64,000 nucleotides of DNA, from NCBI GenBank assembly GCA_030390025.1, contig CM059427.1:188542001-188606000 (forward strand), written 5' to 3'. A program made the position numbers and the translations under genes. A model generated the notes under the pieces. It was given only the letters and a program-made list of their open reading frames with translations. It did no database searches and was not told where the DNA came from. Origin of the DNA: Squalus acanthias. Its lineage: Eukaryota. This document shows, piece by piece, positions 21,604 through 34,570 of this stretch; position 1 is the stretch's first letter, and every line of letters starts with the position of its first letter.

Positions 21604-22700
21604 TGGAGAGGACTATTTTAAAACAAAAAATTTGACACCGAGCTACATAAGGATAAATTAGGGCAGGTGACCAAAAGCTTGGTCAAAGAGGTAGGTTTTA
21701 AGGAGTGTCTTAAAGGAGGAAAGAGAGGTAGCGAGGCAGACAGGTTTAGGCAGGGAATTCCAGAGCTTAGGGCCTAGGCAACAGAAGGCACGGCCACCAA
21801 AGGTTGAGTGATTATAATCAGGATGCGGAGATGCCGGTGTTGGACTGGGGTGGACAAAAATGAGAAGTTGCACAACACCAGGTTATAGTCCAACAGATTT
21901 ATTTAAAATTACAAGCTTTCGGAGCTGTCGCCCCTTCGTCAGGTAAAGGTACAATGAATGAATCTACAATATTACACAGTATATAAACACAGAAACTGCA
22001 GAGATACAATCTTTCAGGGAGGCCTTACATCAAAGACACACCAGAGCACAGCCAAGACAATGAGATGAGTCACAGGGGGTCCAACGTGTCAAATCCTGCT
22101 GTCTGCAGTTGAGCTTTTAACCCTTTTTTTTGGGGTTTGTTTTTTTGTGCTTTTTTTTAAAAACTGGAAAGACAGACAACAATGTCGAGTCATGTTCTGT
22201 AGCGTGACATGAACTCAATAGGGAGATCGGGTTCATGTCACGCTGCAGAATGTGACTCGACAACGTTGTCTGTCTTTCCAGTTTAAAAAAAAACACCAAA
22301 AAAAAACAAAAAAAAAGGGTTAAAAGCTCAACTGCAGACAGCAGGATTTGACATGTTGGACCCCCTGTGACTCATCTCGTTGTCTTGGCTGTGCTCTGGT
22401 GTGTCTTTGATGTAAGGCCTCCCTGAAAGATTGTATCTCTGCAGTTTCTGTGTTTATATACTGTGTAATATTGTAGATTCACTCATTGTACCTTTACCTG
22501 ACGAAGGGGCGACAGCTCCGAAAGCTTGTAATTTTTAATAAATCTGTTGGACTATAACCTGGTGTTGTGCGATTATAATCAGGGATGCTCAAGGGGGCAG
22601 AATTAGAGGAGCGCAAATATCTCGGGGGGTTGTGGGGCTGAAGGAGATTACAGAGATAGGGAGGGGTGAGGCCATGGAGGGATTTGAAAACAAGGATGAG
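21604..22700 (-). mobile_element. L2-like LINE 3' fragment (continues at 19905-19968), interrupted by a Penelope foldback
   Basis: GGRAFCCLGPKLWNSLP...FKTLLKTYLF; (TTG)n tail at 19905-19920. Confidence 0.7.
21823..22570. mobile_element. Penelope-derived foldback element (two inverted pLTR arms)
   Basis: 21870-22150 is the reverse complement of 22290-22570; 13-bp TSD GATTATAATCAGG. Confidence 0.85.
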
Positions 22701-23189
22701 TTGTCACACAACTCACAAGCAAAATATATTGGTGCACAGGTGTGATGGAACAAAGTTGACTCTGATTTGGCTCAGTGTTAGTGATGAACAAACCAAGACT
22801 ACCCTTTTGGGAACTACTTCTTTTAACCCTAATCTTGTAATCTTGACCAGTCATTTATATTATTTTATATCAGGTTTTTAAACATTTTAAAAATGTATTC
22901 ATTTACAGGATGTGGGCATCGCTGGCAAGACCAGCATTTATTGCCCATCCCTAAATGCCCTTGTGAAAGTGATGTCCTGTAATATCCTTTCACTGAGATG
23001 CAAAACAGCCTTGTAAAGGTTTTTAAAAAATGCACAACAAAATTTTTTTAAATCAATTATACTCCAGATATTGGCATCGCTGGTAATGCCTGCATTTTTT
23101 GCCCATCATCAATTGCCTTTGAGAAGGTGTTGGTGGGCCTTCTTCTTGAACCTCTGCAGTCCTTGTGGTGAAGGCACTCCCACAATTCT

Positions 23190-25125
23190 TTTAGGTTGCA
23201 TGTTGGCTGTTATTGCAAGGAGGTTGGAGTACAAGAGTAAGGAAGTCTTGCTACAATTGTACAGGGCTTTGGTGAGACCACACCTGGGGTACTGTGCACA
23301 GTTTTGTCTCCTTATCTAAGGAAGGATGTACTTGTCTTAGAGGCCGTGCAACGAAGGTTCACTGTATTGATTCCTGGGATGAGAGGGTTGTCCTATGAGG
23401 AGAGATTGAGTAGATTGGTCCTATACTCTTTGGATTTCAGAAGAATGAGAGGTGATCTCATTGAAACATATAAGATTCTGAGGGGGTTTGACAGGGTAGA
23501 TGCTGAGAGGTTGTTTCCCCTGGCTGGAGAGTCTAGAACTAGGGGGCATAGTCTCAGGATAAGGGGTCGGCTTTATAAGACAGATGAGGAGCAATTTCTT
23601 CACTCAGAGTGTTGTGCATCTTTGGAATTCTCTGCCCCGAATGGCTGTGGATGCTGAGTTATTGATTATATGCAAGGTTGAGATAGATAGATTTTTGGAC
23701 TTGTAGGGGGTGGTGTTTTGTGTCAGCTTCACCTGACTTCTGAGCGGTTCGAATCGCTCCCACTCCCTTGGTTCTAGACCTTGGACTTATTTGGGGGTTG
23801 TGATACAAAGGTGCAGCAGACAACTGAGTTTGATGAAAGAACTTCAATCTTTATTCAAGAAAGTAAAACACAACACAAACACTCTTAACACTCTAAAAGT
23901 GGGGAACACTTCGGTACAAGCGAGGGAAATAACATTAAAAGAATACTTCACCCCTCCCAATCCCACTTCTCTAGCTAGGTTGGGCTCTGGAGAACCAGGG
24001 ATAATGCTCACCAAATGAATCCTTGACAGTTGAGAGTTAGGGTTTAGAGTCTTTTGAGTAAAAGGTTTCATAAGGCCCTTGTTGCCACGAGGTGTCCGAT
24101 GGTCACTGAGGCGGTCGCTCTGGTTTCTTCTTGCGTGTCGGCCTACTTCTGGAGCTGTTGGCCTTCTTTGTTGGACTTCTTTCTGTTGAATTCTGCCTCT
24201 GTTTAAACTGTCTTCTTCCGAGCTGTGGAACTGCCTTCTTGCAGAACTGTAACGGTCTTCTTACAGAACTGTGGAACTGCCTTCTCTTTGCTTCTCCTGA
24301 ACTCGGTAACTCCGGCACTGACTTCTGCTGAAAACAGGCTTTCAATTGAACTCGAAACTGCAGAACTGCCTTCTGTTGAACTTGAACAGTTTTACTGGAG
24401 AACTGCTTGATGGGCCTTCAATTATACTAAATTGAAGTGGCCTTATCTACCTCAAATCAAATCCTGGTCATTGTAAGACCTCGTTAACAGTAACGACTTT
24501 ACTAGCGTGTTAACTGTTTTTTGGGATGGCTTGCGTCCTGTCGATCTCCTTGGCTGATCACTGGTGATTGGTTTTGTGTTTTGTGTTTCTAGGCTGGACT
24601 CGGTCTTTTCTATAGAAATGGTCCTGAGTGATTTGTATTATGCATGTTTTCTGATGGGCCCTGTAATCGGTTTGATGGGGCCTGTTGTTTTGGGTGGGAC
24701 AGTCTGCTCCTAGGGTCTATTGTTAAAATGTTAATGCTTGCTGGGGCTTTGAGTGAGGTCATCCCGGTTCCCCAGACATTGCAATTAACTGCAATACCCA
24801 AAACTGCTTTTACAGAGGTTGAACCCACCTTTTGTTCCTTTACAGGCCCAGGCATAGTTTTAAAATGCCCAAACTTGGTTTTTGGTCTTACAGTCTCTTA
24901 GGTTAGGCCCAAATACAATATTATCACTCTGAGGTAGTTCCAAAGACCTTTTTCCTTAGGTTTTGGGGATCTGCAAATTTTGGAAACCTTACAGACTCTC
25001 AGGGAATCAAGTGATATGGGGATTGGGAGTTAAAGTGCAGTTGAGGTCAAAGGTCAACCATGATCTTAATGAATGGCGGAACAGACTCGAGTGGCCGTAT
25101 GCTCTATTCCTGCTTCTAATTCTTA
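23190..25125 (+). mobile_element. CR1 LINE 3' fragment interrupted by solo LTR A
   Basis: LQLYRALVRPHL.YC, LEAVQRRFT, RMRGDLIETYKIL, TRGHSL. Confidence 0.85.
23702..24993 (-). mobile_element. Solo LTR family A
   Basis: TG...CA termini, TSD GACT, homologous to 4889-7903. Confidence 0.9.
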
Positions 25126-25129
25126 AGTT

Positions 25130-25620
25130 CTTAAGTCAGGAGGAATTTCCAGGATTTTGAAGCAGCGACAATAAAGGAATTCAGTTAGGATGGTGTGTGA
25201 CTTGGAGGTGAACTTGAAGGTGATGGTATTCCCATGCACCTGCTGCCCTTGTCCTTCTAGGTGGAGAAAGTCCCAGGTTTTGGAGGTGCTGCCAAAAATG
25301 CCTGGCGAGTTGAGCAGAGCGTCCTGTAGATAGGACACACTGCAGCCACAGTACGCAAGTGGTGGAAGGCGGGAATGTTTATGGTAGTGGATATGTTGCC
25401 AATCAAGCGGACCGCTTGTCCTGGATAGTGTCGAGCTTCTGGCAAGTGGCCAGTATTCCATCACATTCCTGACTTGTGCCTTGTAGGTGGAGGAGAGGTT
25501 TTGGGGAGTAACTTGATACAGCAAACCCAGCATCTGACCTGTGCTAGTAGCCACGGCATTTATATGGCTGGTACAATTGAGTTTCTGGTCAATGGCAATC
25601 CCATGGAAGTTGCTGGTGTG
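25130..25620 (-). mobile_element. LINE 3' ORF2 fragment (family of 34010-34570)
   Basis: TYKAQVRNVMEY.PLA, HHLRTVAAVC.IY. Confidence 0.7.
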
Positions 25621-26137
25621 GATTTGCAGATAATAATGCCATTGAAAGCATGTTATTGTGCAGATATTATCAATAAATGGAGCAGCAGTGAATAAGGAAG
25701 TGCTAATTGCTGTTAATTCATATCCTCAGTTAAATAAAATTCATAGGTTAACTGATCAGTTTTATTTAACTATGTGGAAGGGAAAATGATGTTTTAAAAA
25801 TCTTTGCAAGTGTATTTTTTGTCCATTCTTCCTATAATAGGTAATTACATTTCACTTTTTATTTCTACTTCAATGACTTTATTGTCAGTTGGAAAGTCTA
25901 TGTGGCTGGTGGATAAGAGGTGGATTTTGCATGGTCCATTGTTTATTAGGATGAGTAACTTTTATTACACTTCTCACAGGAAGAGGTGGAGAAGAAGTTT
26001 ATAAAGAAATTTACTGAAGAAGTTTATTGTATATTTTACAGTTCCAAGTTACAATGGGGAAATAATTTGGAAATAACAACAGAAAACGCTGGAAAAACTC
26101 AGCAGGCGAGGCAGCATCCGTGGAGAGAGAAACAGAG

Positions 26138-26170
26138 TTAACGTTTCAGGTCGAGACCTTTCATCAGAAC
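26138..26170 (-). ncRNA. Minimal type I hammerhead ribozyme motif
   Basis: Minus strand CTGATGA-A-AGGTC-TC-GACCT-GAAAC-GTTA: core boxes, stem II and palindromic stem III. Confidence 0.6.
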
Positions 26171-26484
26171 TGGAAACAGCAGGAAATCAAATAGATTTAA
26201 GGCAAGGATAAAGCTGGGAAAAGGGGGAGGGGATGAAAGAACAAAAGGAGAGATTAAGAGACATTAAGAGATATTCAAGGCAAGAGGTGGTGTTAATGTG
26301 ACAGGTTAAGGCTGAAAGAAGTGTGAAATGCACTGGCAGAATGAAGGACAGCTGCCAGCTTCCAGGAGGGAAAAAAAAAGGGAGGGGGCAAATAAAAGGG
26401 TGGATGAAAAATAAAATATAAATGTGATTGGGGCTAAGGTTATGATCTAAAATTGTTGAACTCGATATTGAGTCCAGAGGGCTG

Positions 26485-27680
26485 TGTAGGCTTCGCAAAA
26501 TCCCCCAGAAACTCAAACAGAGCCCTAAAGGGAGTGATTTTTGGACTTTTCATACAAACTTGGGATGATGGGGCCTAAGTGAAGTGATTTGATGTAAAAA
26601 CCTAAAGATCAGGGAAGAAAAAAACCTGAGGAAACTGACTTTTTGAATCTTACTGTTGGGAGAGACACCTTTCACAGACACAAGCTGCGAGGGGCGTGGC
26701 CAGGCAGTGAACAAATCAAGCTGTCTGGGAATTGTTTACACTACAAATCCTACCAAGGTGCAAGAGACAAAGCAAAAACTCACAAACACATTCAAATATG
26801 AATCCCCAGGGGCAAACAAGATGCTGGAAATCTAAAAACGATTCCGGACAATAAAACTTCGATCACACAGTTTCATAGCCATTATCCCATCAAAAAAACC
26901 AATCAACCAGGTATCCACAGAACAGATTTAAAAGCCCACCAACAGACCTAGGACAATAGGGGGAGATTTGGCACGTCGATAAGGCTGTGTTTAAATCGGA
27001 AAACGATCAAGTATTGTTTAACACTGAGCAAAAGCCATCGGAACTGGCAAGCCCGCCAAAACAAGACAATTGGACTAAGCAAGGTTCATTTGCAACCAAA
27101 AGGAATCCATTTTAGTAAGGGTTTTTTGGGAGCGAATAAGAAACAGTATAATTTGAAAGCCTGTGCCATAATCTCCCTCTCTTTCGGACTGGCTGACCAC
27201 ATGGACACAGCTCTCTCCCTGCTCCAGCAAAACCTACCACAAGCCACGAGGAAGAAGGCCAGAAAACAGACCAGCACGCAAGAAGAAACCAGAGAGACTA
27301 CCTCAGTGACCATCGGACACCTCGCAGCAACAAGGGCCTTACGGAGTCTTTTAAACAAAAGACTCTAAAAAATCCTCTCAAGGATTCGTTGGTGAGCATT
27401 ATCCCCTGATCTCCTGAATCCAAAAACCTAGCTAGATAGTGGGATCTTTGGGAGGGATAAGGTTTTGTTTGATATATTGTAATTTCCCTCGCTTGTACCG
27501 TGTGCTCCCCATCTGTGTTTTAAGTAATAAGTGTGTTTCAAGTTTGTTACCTTTTTCTTTTAATAAAGTAAAATTCTTTCATCAGAACCTGTCGTTTACT
27601 GCAACTTTGTTCACAACCCCTAAATAAGTCCAAAGTCCAGGAACCGGAGGGGTGTGGGAGCGATTAAGATACCCCTTACA
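26485..27680 (+). mobile_element. Solo LTR family A (diverged subfamily)
   Basis: TGTAGG...CCTTACA, TSD GCTG, AATAAA 27562. Confidence 0.9.
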
Positions 27681-29132
27681 GCTGTAGCGTGCCTAAACGA
27701 AAGATGAGGTGCTGTTCCTCGAGCTTGCGCTGCGCTTCCGTGGAACAGTGTAATAGGCCGAGGACGGTGAGGTCAGAGTGGGAGTGAAGCGGTGAATTAA
27801 AGTGACCGGCGACCGGGAGCTCGGGGTCCCCCTTATGGACTGAATGGAGGTGTTCCGCAAAGCGGTCACCCCATCTGCGTTTGGTCTCCCCAATGTAGAG
27901 GAGACCACATCGTGAGCAGCGAATACAGTATACTAAATTGCAGGAAGTACAAGTAAATCACTGTTTCACCTGGAAGGGGTGTTTGGGGCCCTGGACATTG
28001 GGAAGAAGGGAGGTATAAGGGCATGTGTTGCATCTCCTGCGCTTGCATGGTAAGGTGCCGGGTGAAGGGGAAGGGGTGCTGGGGGTGGTAGAGGAGTGGA
28101 CTAGGGTGTCGCGGAGGGTGCGGTCCCTGCGGAATGCTGAAAGGGGAGGTGAGGGGAAGATGCGTTTGGTGGTGGGATCACACTGGAGGTGGCGGAAATG
28201 GCGGAGGCTGATCCGTTGAATGTGGAGGCTGGTGGGGTGAAAGGTGAGGACAAGGGGAACTCTATCGTGGTTCCGGGAGGGAGGGGCAGGGGTGAGGGCA
28301 GAAGTGCGGGAGATAGAACGGACATGGTCGAGGGCCGTGTCGACCACGGTAGAGGGGAATCCTCGGTTGAGGAAAAAGGAACACATGTCGGAAGCACTGG
28401 TATGGAAGGTGGCATCATCAGAGCAGATGCGGCGGAGATGGAGAAACTGGGAGAATGGAATAGAGTCCTTACAGGAGGCGGGGTGGGAGGAAGTGTAGTC
28501 CAGGTAGCTGTGGGAGTCAGTGGGCTTGTAGTGAATGTTAGTCAATAACCTATCCCCAGAGATGGAGACGGAGAAGTCGAGGAAGGGAAGGGAAGAGTCG
28601 GAGATGGACCATGTGAAGGTGAGGGAAGGGTGGAAATTGGAAGCATAGTGAATGAAATGTTCTAGTTCAGGGCGAGAGCAGGAGACGGCACCGATACAGT
28701 CATCAATGTACCGGAAAAAGAGGTGAGGGAGGGGACCCGAGTAGGACTGGAACAAAGAGTGTTCCACATATCCCATGAAAAGTCAGGCATAGCTAGGACC
28801 CATGCGTGTACCCACAGCAACACCTTTAATTTGGAGGAAATGGGTGGAGTCAAAGGAGAAGTTGTTCAATGTGAGAACAAGTTCAGCTAGGCGGAGGAGG
28901 GTGGTGGTGGATGGGGACTGTTTGGGCCTCTGTTCAAGGAAGAAGCGGAGCGCCTTCTCAGGCCATCCTGATTTGGAAAGCTGTTTTACCTCATTTCTTT
29001 CTGTTCACAGTCTGAAGTGTTAAACATATTCAGGAATGTGCCTCGGTTTTACTTCTGGTGGTTTTCTGGTGCTATATATATATCTATATCTATTTGTATA
29101 TTTCTTACAGGGAAAGAGATGGAATCTGTGAA

Positions 29133-29220
29133 ATGAGGCTACGATTTTTCTGCAACAAAATGCCAGCTGGTTTGATGTTCAGTTTCTTGGTGTTTCTACT
29201 TCCGTCTGTTTTCACACAAA
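29133..29220 (+). CDS. CD4/LAG-3-like Ig gene, signal-peptide exon (exon starts 29111; second in-frame Met 29160)
   Basis: Acceptor TTTCTTACAG; MRLRFFCNKMPAGLMFSFLVFLLPSVFTQ; phase-1 donor A|GTAAGT. Confidence 0.75.
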
Positions 29221-29348
29221 GTAAGTGCCTTATTTCCACCAATCACAGTCATATTGTTTTACTTTATCAGAGTGTTTAATGAATTCACCCAGCTAGTATT
29301 CAGCAAGCAAGTAAGGTCTTTATTTTCCTGTCCCTGCTCCTTTAAACA

Positions 29349-30040
29349 GGGGTAGAGTTTCTGCTTTGGGCACAATCGGCGATTCCGGTGCAAATTGCGC
29401 ACAAAATTGCGCCCGTTTTGAAATTTTTTTTTACTCGAGTTTCCGCTCAAACTCATTTGCATATCGGCAAAAGCAAAATCTGTCCTGAAGCAGCGCAATT
29501 GGGCAACGTTTTAAAACATCATTTTACTTTATAAAGTTGCTTTAAAAAGTATTCCTTGATATATTTAAGAGAGGTAACTTGGTGCAGTTTGATTAATACA
29601 GCTGGAAATGGGTTTATCAAAAAATAAGCATTTTAAATCACAGTATCAAAGCCAGCTGTGAGTAATCCGATTATAAATTATTAAAATTTGGGGAACTGTT
29701 GTGAGTTCCTTATAAAAAATAATCATTCAAACATACCTATTAATGTCCTTACGCACAAAAGTTCCAGCTTATTTTTTGGAGCCTCCTCGAAGGACTGCAA
29801 ATGAGCGCAATTATTGGAAACTCCCAATGCTGATTAATTCATCCTGGGGGCGTGGCCAGTTTTGTGGGCGGGGCCAGTTTCCAGCGCGATGATTTTAAAA
29901 GTCACGCAAAAGATCGTGGAAACTATAAATATGTTGAACGCAATTTCGGCTTAAAATTCCGCGATCTTTTGCACCGTTTACGCCGATATCGGGGAAATCG
30001 TGCAGAAAAAAACAGCGTGATCGAGCGGAAACGCCAGGCC
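29349..30040 (+). mobile_element. Harbinger-type MITE (two-unit GC-box version)
   Basis: End GCGGAAACGCCAGGCC is inverted to the family head GG...GAGTTTC.GC; colinear with 44858-45940. Confidence 0.65.
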
Positions 30041-32436
30041 GCTGTGTAAGTTCACTTTTCAGAGTCCAACAGTGGAACAACTTAATAAAATGAAAAATGT
30101 TAGCAGATTTCTCATTGCTCTTCAATTCCTTTTCCCGATCTGTCTTTTAATCTCTCTATCTGTCGATACATCTACTCTTGCATGTAGCAAACGTCCATCA
30201 GAGCATTTTCTGTTTTCTATGATATGTTATATTTGATCAATCAACAGCTGAACAGATTGCATGTGGTATAGAATGGGTCAAAAGTAAAAACAATATTAAA
30301 ATGTTAATAAGCGTTAAAATTCAGAATTATTGAGAATCATTTTTTGTGTTCGAGGCTGTGCAACATATAAAAGTTACATTTGGGTAAAACATCATTTGAA
30401 AAGGTTTGAAGGTTTGTCGCTGATCCTCACTTCGGGTCACATCTTGGTTTAGTGTCCAAAGATGTTTAAACATCACTGTGAATACAGTGTGGACAGAGCC
30501 ATTGTGGTTTTGGTAATTGTGATGTGAGCTGGTATTTAATCAAGACTTACAGACACATGGGATTTACTGCTTTAGATCACTTCCCTTGTGAAAATGTAGA
30601 TAAAATAATGGTTACAATGAGGATTAATTGACTGTTACCCTTGAAATGAAGGAAGATAATGATTCAAAGGTGGAAATGTAGTTCAGGGAATGGTAACGAT
30701 GAACTATTGACTGAATGATGTGACCACTGTCACCAGAGGCCACCTGGAAGTATCCAAATGCATTAACGTTAAATGTCACTGTCACAGCCACAGTTGTCAC
30801 CTTTCACAGATAAGGCAAAGCACCTGGTGGAAAGAGGCTGCAAGTCAGGTTCCAAGAGCTGGTTTATCTCTGTCACGGTGTCTCATCAGACAAGGGGTGA
30901 GGATGCAGGAACTGCCTGATCGCTGCCCACCTCAGGAAACCCCGTCACAGGACAAACGGGGTGGAGACCCGACGTAACCGTATCCTGCACCAATTTCACT
31001 CCCCAAGTTCCACCTTGATAATTCCCCCTGCAGACCAGGAGTCGGGAGGTGATTTGGAGACTTTATTTTCAGTAACAAGAAATTTAGCCATGACCTCTCT
31101 TTTTATTTTGATTACTTTTTGTACTAATAATGTATATTACATAGAATTACATAGAATTTTACAGCACAGAAACATCTCTCTCATGTGCCTATCTATGTTC
31201 AGAAAGCTCTGCTAATAGATACACAGAATATCGACTGAAAGTGTTCTGTTTTTCCCTACAACCGTGCCTGCAGTGAAGGTGACATGATACAGTGCTTTCT
31301 CCTCATGTATTAGTGCTTCATTGTAACCTTCTCTGGAATGAACTCCTCAATGAAGGAGCTTTGCCAGCTTCTTGGGATTGTAATGGGAGAGGATTTTGCT
31401 CTCCCTTCTTGCCCAATTTTGGATAGATTGTGGTCGGCAGGGGCAGAAAGTGGGGATGGGGATCCGGCGGGCTGCTCCCTGCAGATTGTCGTCACTTCAC
31501 TGAATATATGGACCCAAATATGGAGAGATTTATTCAAATTGCGTGGAGTGGCCAAGTGTTATCAGATGTTACATTCACCGTCATTACCGCCATAACAATG
31601 CTGGAACACAAGGGACAGCAGCATGTTCCCGGCATCTAGTGTTGTGTTGGCTTGCGGGAGTGGATTTCAATTTCAAATATCTATCTGAAGCAAAGCAATT
31701 GATCATGATCAAAGCAATTTGATCCCTCCCTGTCCCAGGTGGGTCCCTCAGATCAAAGCACGAGTCCTGCTGGGAGCCCACAATAATTATGGAAATTATG
31801 CTGATCTCAGGAAATTCCCCAGGGATCACGGTTTGGGAAGACAGGCGGGCACGGAGTCTGTCACACTGACCTACAGACAGATTATGGCCAAGTGGAAAAT
31901 CCTGCCTCCCTTTGTTATCGGTAATCCTGTGGGTTGCCTGGTCACTGGTGGTCCAGGAGAACCAACAACGTACTGGGCATTGCACAAGAGGAGGGGAGCT
32001 CACTTGTAGAGATCGCTGACCTGATTTATGAGCCTGAAGTGTTATGACTGCACCAGTACTGTATTCAGTTTTAGGAGAATACTGATTATTGTGATGGTAT
32101 TTCAGATTTCTTAACAATGTCGGAGTAACGATTCCCCTTCCACACTCCCAGTAAATGCTGGAAATACGGATTGTGAAATTGGACACTGGAGGCCCACAAG
32201 GTCAGAGTGCAGTGGCAGAAATTCACCCTCTAATGTCCTAAAGTATCACTGGATTAGGCCAGATTATTCCAGACAGTCAGCTCTTCACCGGGGTGTGTAT
32301 GTGTCATTGCTGAATCCATTGTATATAAATAATATGACTGTAAATAAATGAAGTCCAATATTAATCATTACAAACATGGGATTAAGGAGTTACAGTTTAA
32401 ATATTTAAATACTTACATTGTTCCTCTTTCTAACAG

Positions 32437-32778
32437 GAAACACAAATCATATTTATTTTTTGGATAAGCGAGATGACATTCCATTAAAAGGACCGGACAA
32501 TCCTGGGAATGGCCCTGTTGTCTGGGAATGGAAACCACACTCAGGGCAAGAAATCCAGCGGCTGGTTACTTTTCACAAAGGGGGTTCGGGCTTGTGGGAC
32601 GCACAATGGAACGATCACTTTAGCAACAGCGACTTGTACTGGATAGTAGAATGGAGTCCTTGGACCATTAATGTGAGAATTAGAAAACCCACATTTAAAT
32701 TTGCGGGATCGTTCATCTTGACTCAAACACAGCCGAGTAATAAAATCCTGAAACAGTATGAAATATTTGGGATCAAAG
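32437..32778 (+). CDS. CD4/LAG-3-like Ig gene, D1 (V-like, no cysteines)
   Basis: Acceptor CTCTTTCTAACAG, donor G|GTGAGT, phase 1-1, 342 nt open; VVWEWKP (C strand), INVRIRKP (E), FAGSFIL (F). Confidence 0.75.
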
Positions 32779-34009
32779 GTGAGTGGGACAAAGTCTAGAA
32801 AAGGTTCAATAAAATGATTCTCAGTGAATAATTTCATGTGTAATGATGAGAGATTGCCAGGATCACGTGAGATTTATATCACCCAGTGCAGAGAGCATCT
32901 CTCATTAAAACAACCAGGGGAAAGATTTTGTTCATTGTTTCTCCTGAAATGGTCAACATGAGTAAAAACATTTTGACAATTTCACCAGAAATAGCAAACC
33001 GAGTAATCTACCCCACAGAGAGTATTATGGTCTGTACACTGGCACACTCTCTGTCAGATGTACTGAATTATGTTACCAAACCAATAGATCCCTTGTAGTA
33101 ATGGGCCTCAGCGCGATGGGACAGGAATAAGATTGGCCAGAATCACTGCTCCTGATTGCTGTCCAGTGAACCTGTTAGATGTGTCACTTGGTTGAGGTCC
33201 CACAGGATGTCAAGTGTCCCTGGAACTCGTACTATGCCAAGGAGTTAACGCCTTCAGGAAAGCAAGAAGAACATGGCAGAGAAAAAGAGATACATTGGGG
33301 GGAATTTTAACCTCAAAAAATGTTTGGCTTGGGGTCGGGTGGGAGGTTCCAGAGTTAAAAATCTGAATCCTGGCCCCAACTCGCCTCCAACCCGCCCACT
33401 TCTGGTTTTAACTGAGGTGGGACGGGGGTGGGGGGGCAGCTAACCTGCTCGCAGGTGGTGAGTTCACACTTTAAATATTCTAATGGGGTTGGGTGCCTCA
33501 TAGTGATCCACCATTTTAAATTTAACTGTGGGCTCGGGGAACCCGCCAGCTAAAGGGTGACGAGGACAGCTGGACCCAGGGTTTCTGCCTCGCCACCCGC
33601 CCACGATCGGTCCCCTCCCCCCGACCCTTTTGATCTCCCCCAAACTACCCCTGGGGCCTCCAATACCCCCACATGAGATCTCCGATCTCTGATCCCCCCT
33701 CCAGCCTTCCGACCTCCCCCCTCCGGCCTTCCAACTTCCCCCCTGCAGCTTTCCAACCCTCCTCCGATCTCCGATACTCCCTCTGGCCTTCTGACCTCCC
33801 GATCTCTCCCCTCCGGCCTTCTGACCTCCCCACTCGGACCTCCGATACCCCACTCCTGCCTTCCAACAACCCTACCATTCCCTCACTCCCTGCTCTCTGT
33901 GGCCTGGTGCCCCAGGCCTTTACATTCGAGCCTTTCCTTCTGGCTGGCTGCGGGAGGGAAACAGAGATTTAAAATGTTGATCAGGCCCTGTCGCTAAATT
34001 CAGTCTCGC

Positions 34010-34570
34010 CACTCCCTATCTGCCTCCAAAGCCTTTCCTCCATCTACAAGGCACAAGTAAGGACTGTGATGGAATACTCTCCACTTGCCTGGATGAGTGC
34101 AGCTCCAACAACACTCAAGAAGCTCGACACCATCCAGGACAAAGCAGCCCGTTTGATTGTCACCCCATCCACCACCTTAAAAGTTCACTCCCTGCTCCAC
34201 CAGCGCACTGTGGCTGCAGTGTGTACCATCTACAAGATGCACTGCAGCAACTCGCCAAGCCTTCTTCGCCAGCACCTCCCAAACCTGCGAACTCTACCAC
34301 CTAGAAGGACAAGGGCAGCAGGCGCATGCGAGCACCACCACCTCCAAGTTCCCCTCCAAGTCACACACCATCCTGACTGAGAAGTATATCTCCGATCCTT
34401 CATCATTGCTGGGTCAATCTCCTAGAACTCACTACCTAACAGCACAGTGGGAGTACCTACACCACACGGACTGCAGGGGTTCAAGAAGGCAGCTCACCAC
34501 CACCTTCTCAAGGGCAATTCGGGATGGGCAATAAATGTTGGCCTTGCCAGTGACGCCCAGATCCCATAAA
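34010..34570 (+). mobile_element. LINE ORF2 3' end
   Basis: YKAQVRTVMEYSPLAWMSAAPTTLKKLDTIQDKAARLI; GGGCAATAAATG tail. Confidence 0.8.

Larger units (their letters stand above)
26070..28951 (-). mobile_element. Penelope-like element (RT plus GIY-YIG), degenerate, interrupted by LTR A
   Basis: QIKGVAVGTRMGPSYA, RYIDD, LPFLD, YKPTDSHSYL; GIY-YIG-type VYCIRC...LYIGET; 3' hammerhead-like motif. Confidence 0.85.

Noticed and set aside
29011-29136. Splicing of exon 17825-17914 to acceptor 29010 to give a 71-aa membrane peptide
   Set aside because: The hydrophobic part derives from an AT microsatellite and the polypyrimidine tract of exon 29111; likely coincidental
31300-32200. 200-aa ORF or transposase remnant in intron 1
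   Set aside because: No motif I can identify with confidence; probably a decayed DNA transposon
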